Below are positions 45,479 through 47,023 of a DNA stretch of 47,023 bases, in pieces (position 1 is the stretch's first letter; the number at the start of each line of letters is the position of its first letter). The notes below the pieces were generated by a model, which made no database searches, had not been told where the DNA came from, and worked only from the letters and a program-made list of their open reading frames with translations. Made by a program: the position numbers and the translations under genes. Origin of the DNA: an uncultured Piscirickettsiaceae bacterium (GTDB lineage Bacteria; Pseudomonadota; Gammaproteobacteria; GCF-002020875); the NCBI GenBank assembly GCA_964416755.1, contig CAYQFH010000006.1, positions 1-47,023 of the forward strand. The letters are read 5' to 3'.

Positions 45479-45892
45479 TTATCCGGAAAGTATTCTCGGC
45501 CAGCGGTCGTGGATGGCATCCTCATGTTGTGGAGTAATGGTGACCACATAGACCCGCTGCTCATCGCCCTGTTGGGCCAGTAACCCCTGAATCCAGCGTC
45601 CCCGGGTGATATCAAACCAGTGGCTGTTGCCCTCGTTGTCCTTCTCCATGAAACTGAGTGCCTTGATTTTCACTGGACGGGGAAAGTAGCGATCCCAACG
45701 GCCTGCATAGATGGAGTCGAGCCGTGCCCATCCTCCCTGTGGCAGTTGACCATGCTGTTTTTGTCGTCGTCCCCATGGCATGAGCAGGGGTGAGTGATCG
45801 TTACGCATTGCGACGGGTAGTTGTGCTGCAGGGTTGGGAAAGTAAACCCGAACCGGTTGGCCGTTGTGAAAATAGTAGATGCCGCCACACAT
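45479..45892 (-). CDS. Miniature SRAP (SOS-response-associated peptidase, YedK/HMCES)-like protein
   Basis: Starts MCGG (Cys2). LMPWG, ARLDS, FMEK and AIHDRWPRIL align with the YedK motifs (F/M)WG, NARVET, FEWK and IHDRRPLVL. Only 137 aa versus ~220. The start overlaps the polymerase stop (TGATG). Confidence 0.5.
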   Translation of the reverse strand: MCGGIYYFHNGQPVRVYFPNPAAQLPVAMRNDHSPLLMPWGRRQKQHGQLPQGGWARLDSIYAGRWDRYFPRPVKIKALSFMEKDNEGNSHWFDITRGRWIQGLLAQQGDEQRVYVVTITPQHEDAIHDRWPRILSG

Positions 45893-47023
45893 CAGATGGT
45901 TTTTCGGTGTCCATCAGGGCGCCATGCGGGAGAGATCACATTAGGCATGGTGGAGCGGTGGAGTAGTGAGGCAGGAGCTACGGTAAACTCACCATAGCGG
46001 CTGTTGATCTGATCCATCACCCGGTTGACGACAGGCTGTGGTGGTTCTGTAAACAGATCCAGTTGCTGATGGGCACGTTCATCGGGGTTGAGTGCGGTCA
46101 CCTGCACCTGATGAATGCCTTCCCTTTGCCATTGATGCTCCATCACCTGTTGAGCCAGTCGGTAGACTACGCTTCCATCATCGGTAGGGGAAGATCTCGG
46201 CTTTTCACTGATCCAGCCGTTGTTGCTCTTGAGTCCGATATAGAAGTGACTGGCGACCATCTGGTGTTTTCGCAGACGTGCGCCCACCTTTTCTGACATG
46301 TGGCGCAGATAGGTAGGAATAGTCTTCTGGTCTCGGGTGTTGGGTGGAATCACCTTGCCATGGCCAATCGATTTGGGAGGGGCAATATGGTTACTGACTG
46401 GCTCAGGGTCTTGCCCCTGTGCCATCAGCCAGATCCGCTTTCCCAGATTTCCAAAGCGCCTGGAGAGCACCGATATTGGAATCTGCTTCATCTCTCCACA
46501 GCGAGTAACCCCATGCTGCTCAAGGAAACCGCCAATTCCCCTGTTGATGCCACAGAGTGCAGTGACCGGAGTATCTGCCAACCGTGCTGCAGCTTCCCAG
46601 GGAGGAATGATGGTGAGTCCATCTGGTTTGTTCTGTTTGACAGCAAATTTTGCGGTGGTTTTATCTCCGCTGACACCGATTGAACAGAGTAGCCCCGATG
46701 CCTTGAATACCACCTGTTTGGCACGTTGTGCGATTGCCTGCGGTGAACCCCAGAGTTGTTGCACATGGGTTGCGTCCAGAAAACACTCGTCGACAGAGAA
46801 GATTTCGATATCTGGAGTGACCTGTTGTAGAGATTCCATGATTGCGCTGGAGACCTCAATATAGCGTTCCGGATGAGAGGGGATACGGATCAATTGTGGG
46901 CAGAGTTGCAGTGCTTCGGGTAGCCGCACCGGTATGGATACCGAATGCGCGTGCTTCGTAGGAGGCGGTAATGATTGTAGTGCCTTGACTGCCATTGGTA
47001 ATGCAGATTGGTCGGCCCAGCCA
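45892..47023 (-). pseudogene. Y-family DNA polymerase (DinB/Pol IV-like), 5' end beyond the window, with an apparent frameshift near 46928
   Basis: The main frame encodes RLPEALQLCPQLIRIP...IEIFSVDECFLD...KTTAKFAVKQNKPDGL...RRFGNLGKRIW (palm, fingers, thumb and little-finger pattern). The preceding conserved segment WLGRPICITNGSQGTTIITASYEARAFGIHTG is in a different frame (47023-46928). The main frame has a TAA at 47001-46999, and the upstream frame stops near 46870. Confidence 0.6.

Overview
The window holds most of a polar-flagellum regulon of the Pseudomonas/Vibrio (gammaproteobacterial) type, followed by housekeeping and miscellaneous genes. All calls come from reading the supplied translations and the DNA by eye; no searches were run.

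Layout:
- 3-4668: regulatory cassette fleQ, fleS, a FliL-like gene, fleR.
- 4799-12122: fliEFGHIJK.
- 12163-21011: an ~8.9 kb accessory block of nine ORFs. It carries two sensor-less MCP-signalling-domain proteins, FlgT-like and FlgP-like outer-disk proteins, a Gln-rich coiled-coil membrane protein, two poly-acidic single-pass membrane proteins, and a FliK-like plus FlhB-C-terminal-only pair.
- 21145-33245: flgBCDEFGHIJKL. This includes a rod-binding-only FlgJ followed by an unknown secreted protein.
- 33272-38742: the conserved queA-tgt-yajC-secD-secF block.
- 38721-47023: an alanine/sodium symporter-like gene, a REC-REC-GGDEF-(degenerate)EAL protein, an orphan MsrQ-like gene, two small unknown genes, a dynamin-like GTPase, a miniature SRAP-like gene, and a frame-disrupted Y-family DNA polymerase that runs off the window.

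Regulatory signals: five near-consensus sigma-54 promoters sit upstream of fliE, flgB, flgD, flgF and flgK. Two sigma-28-type promoters flank the accessory block. Two strong rho-independent terminators were found.

I saw no rRNA, tRNA, CRISPR array, transposase or integrase.

The best candidate for something undescribed is the accessory block. Its most striking member is a membrane-anchored protein with three tandem FliM-N/CheZ-C-like (D-x-D-A-L-L-D-D) acidic motifs expressed from a sigma-28-type promoter. The MCP/FlgP/FlgT operon and the unknown periplasmic partner of the truncated FlgJ are also of interest.
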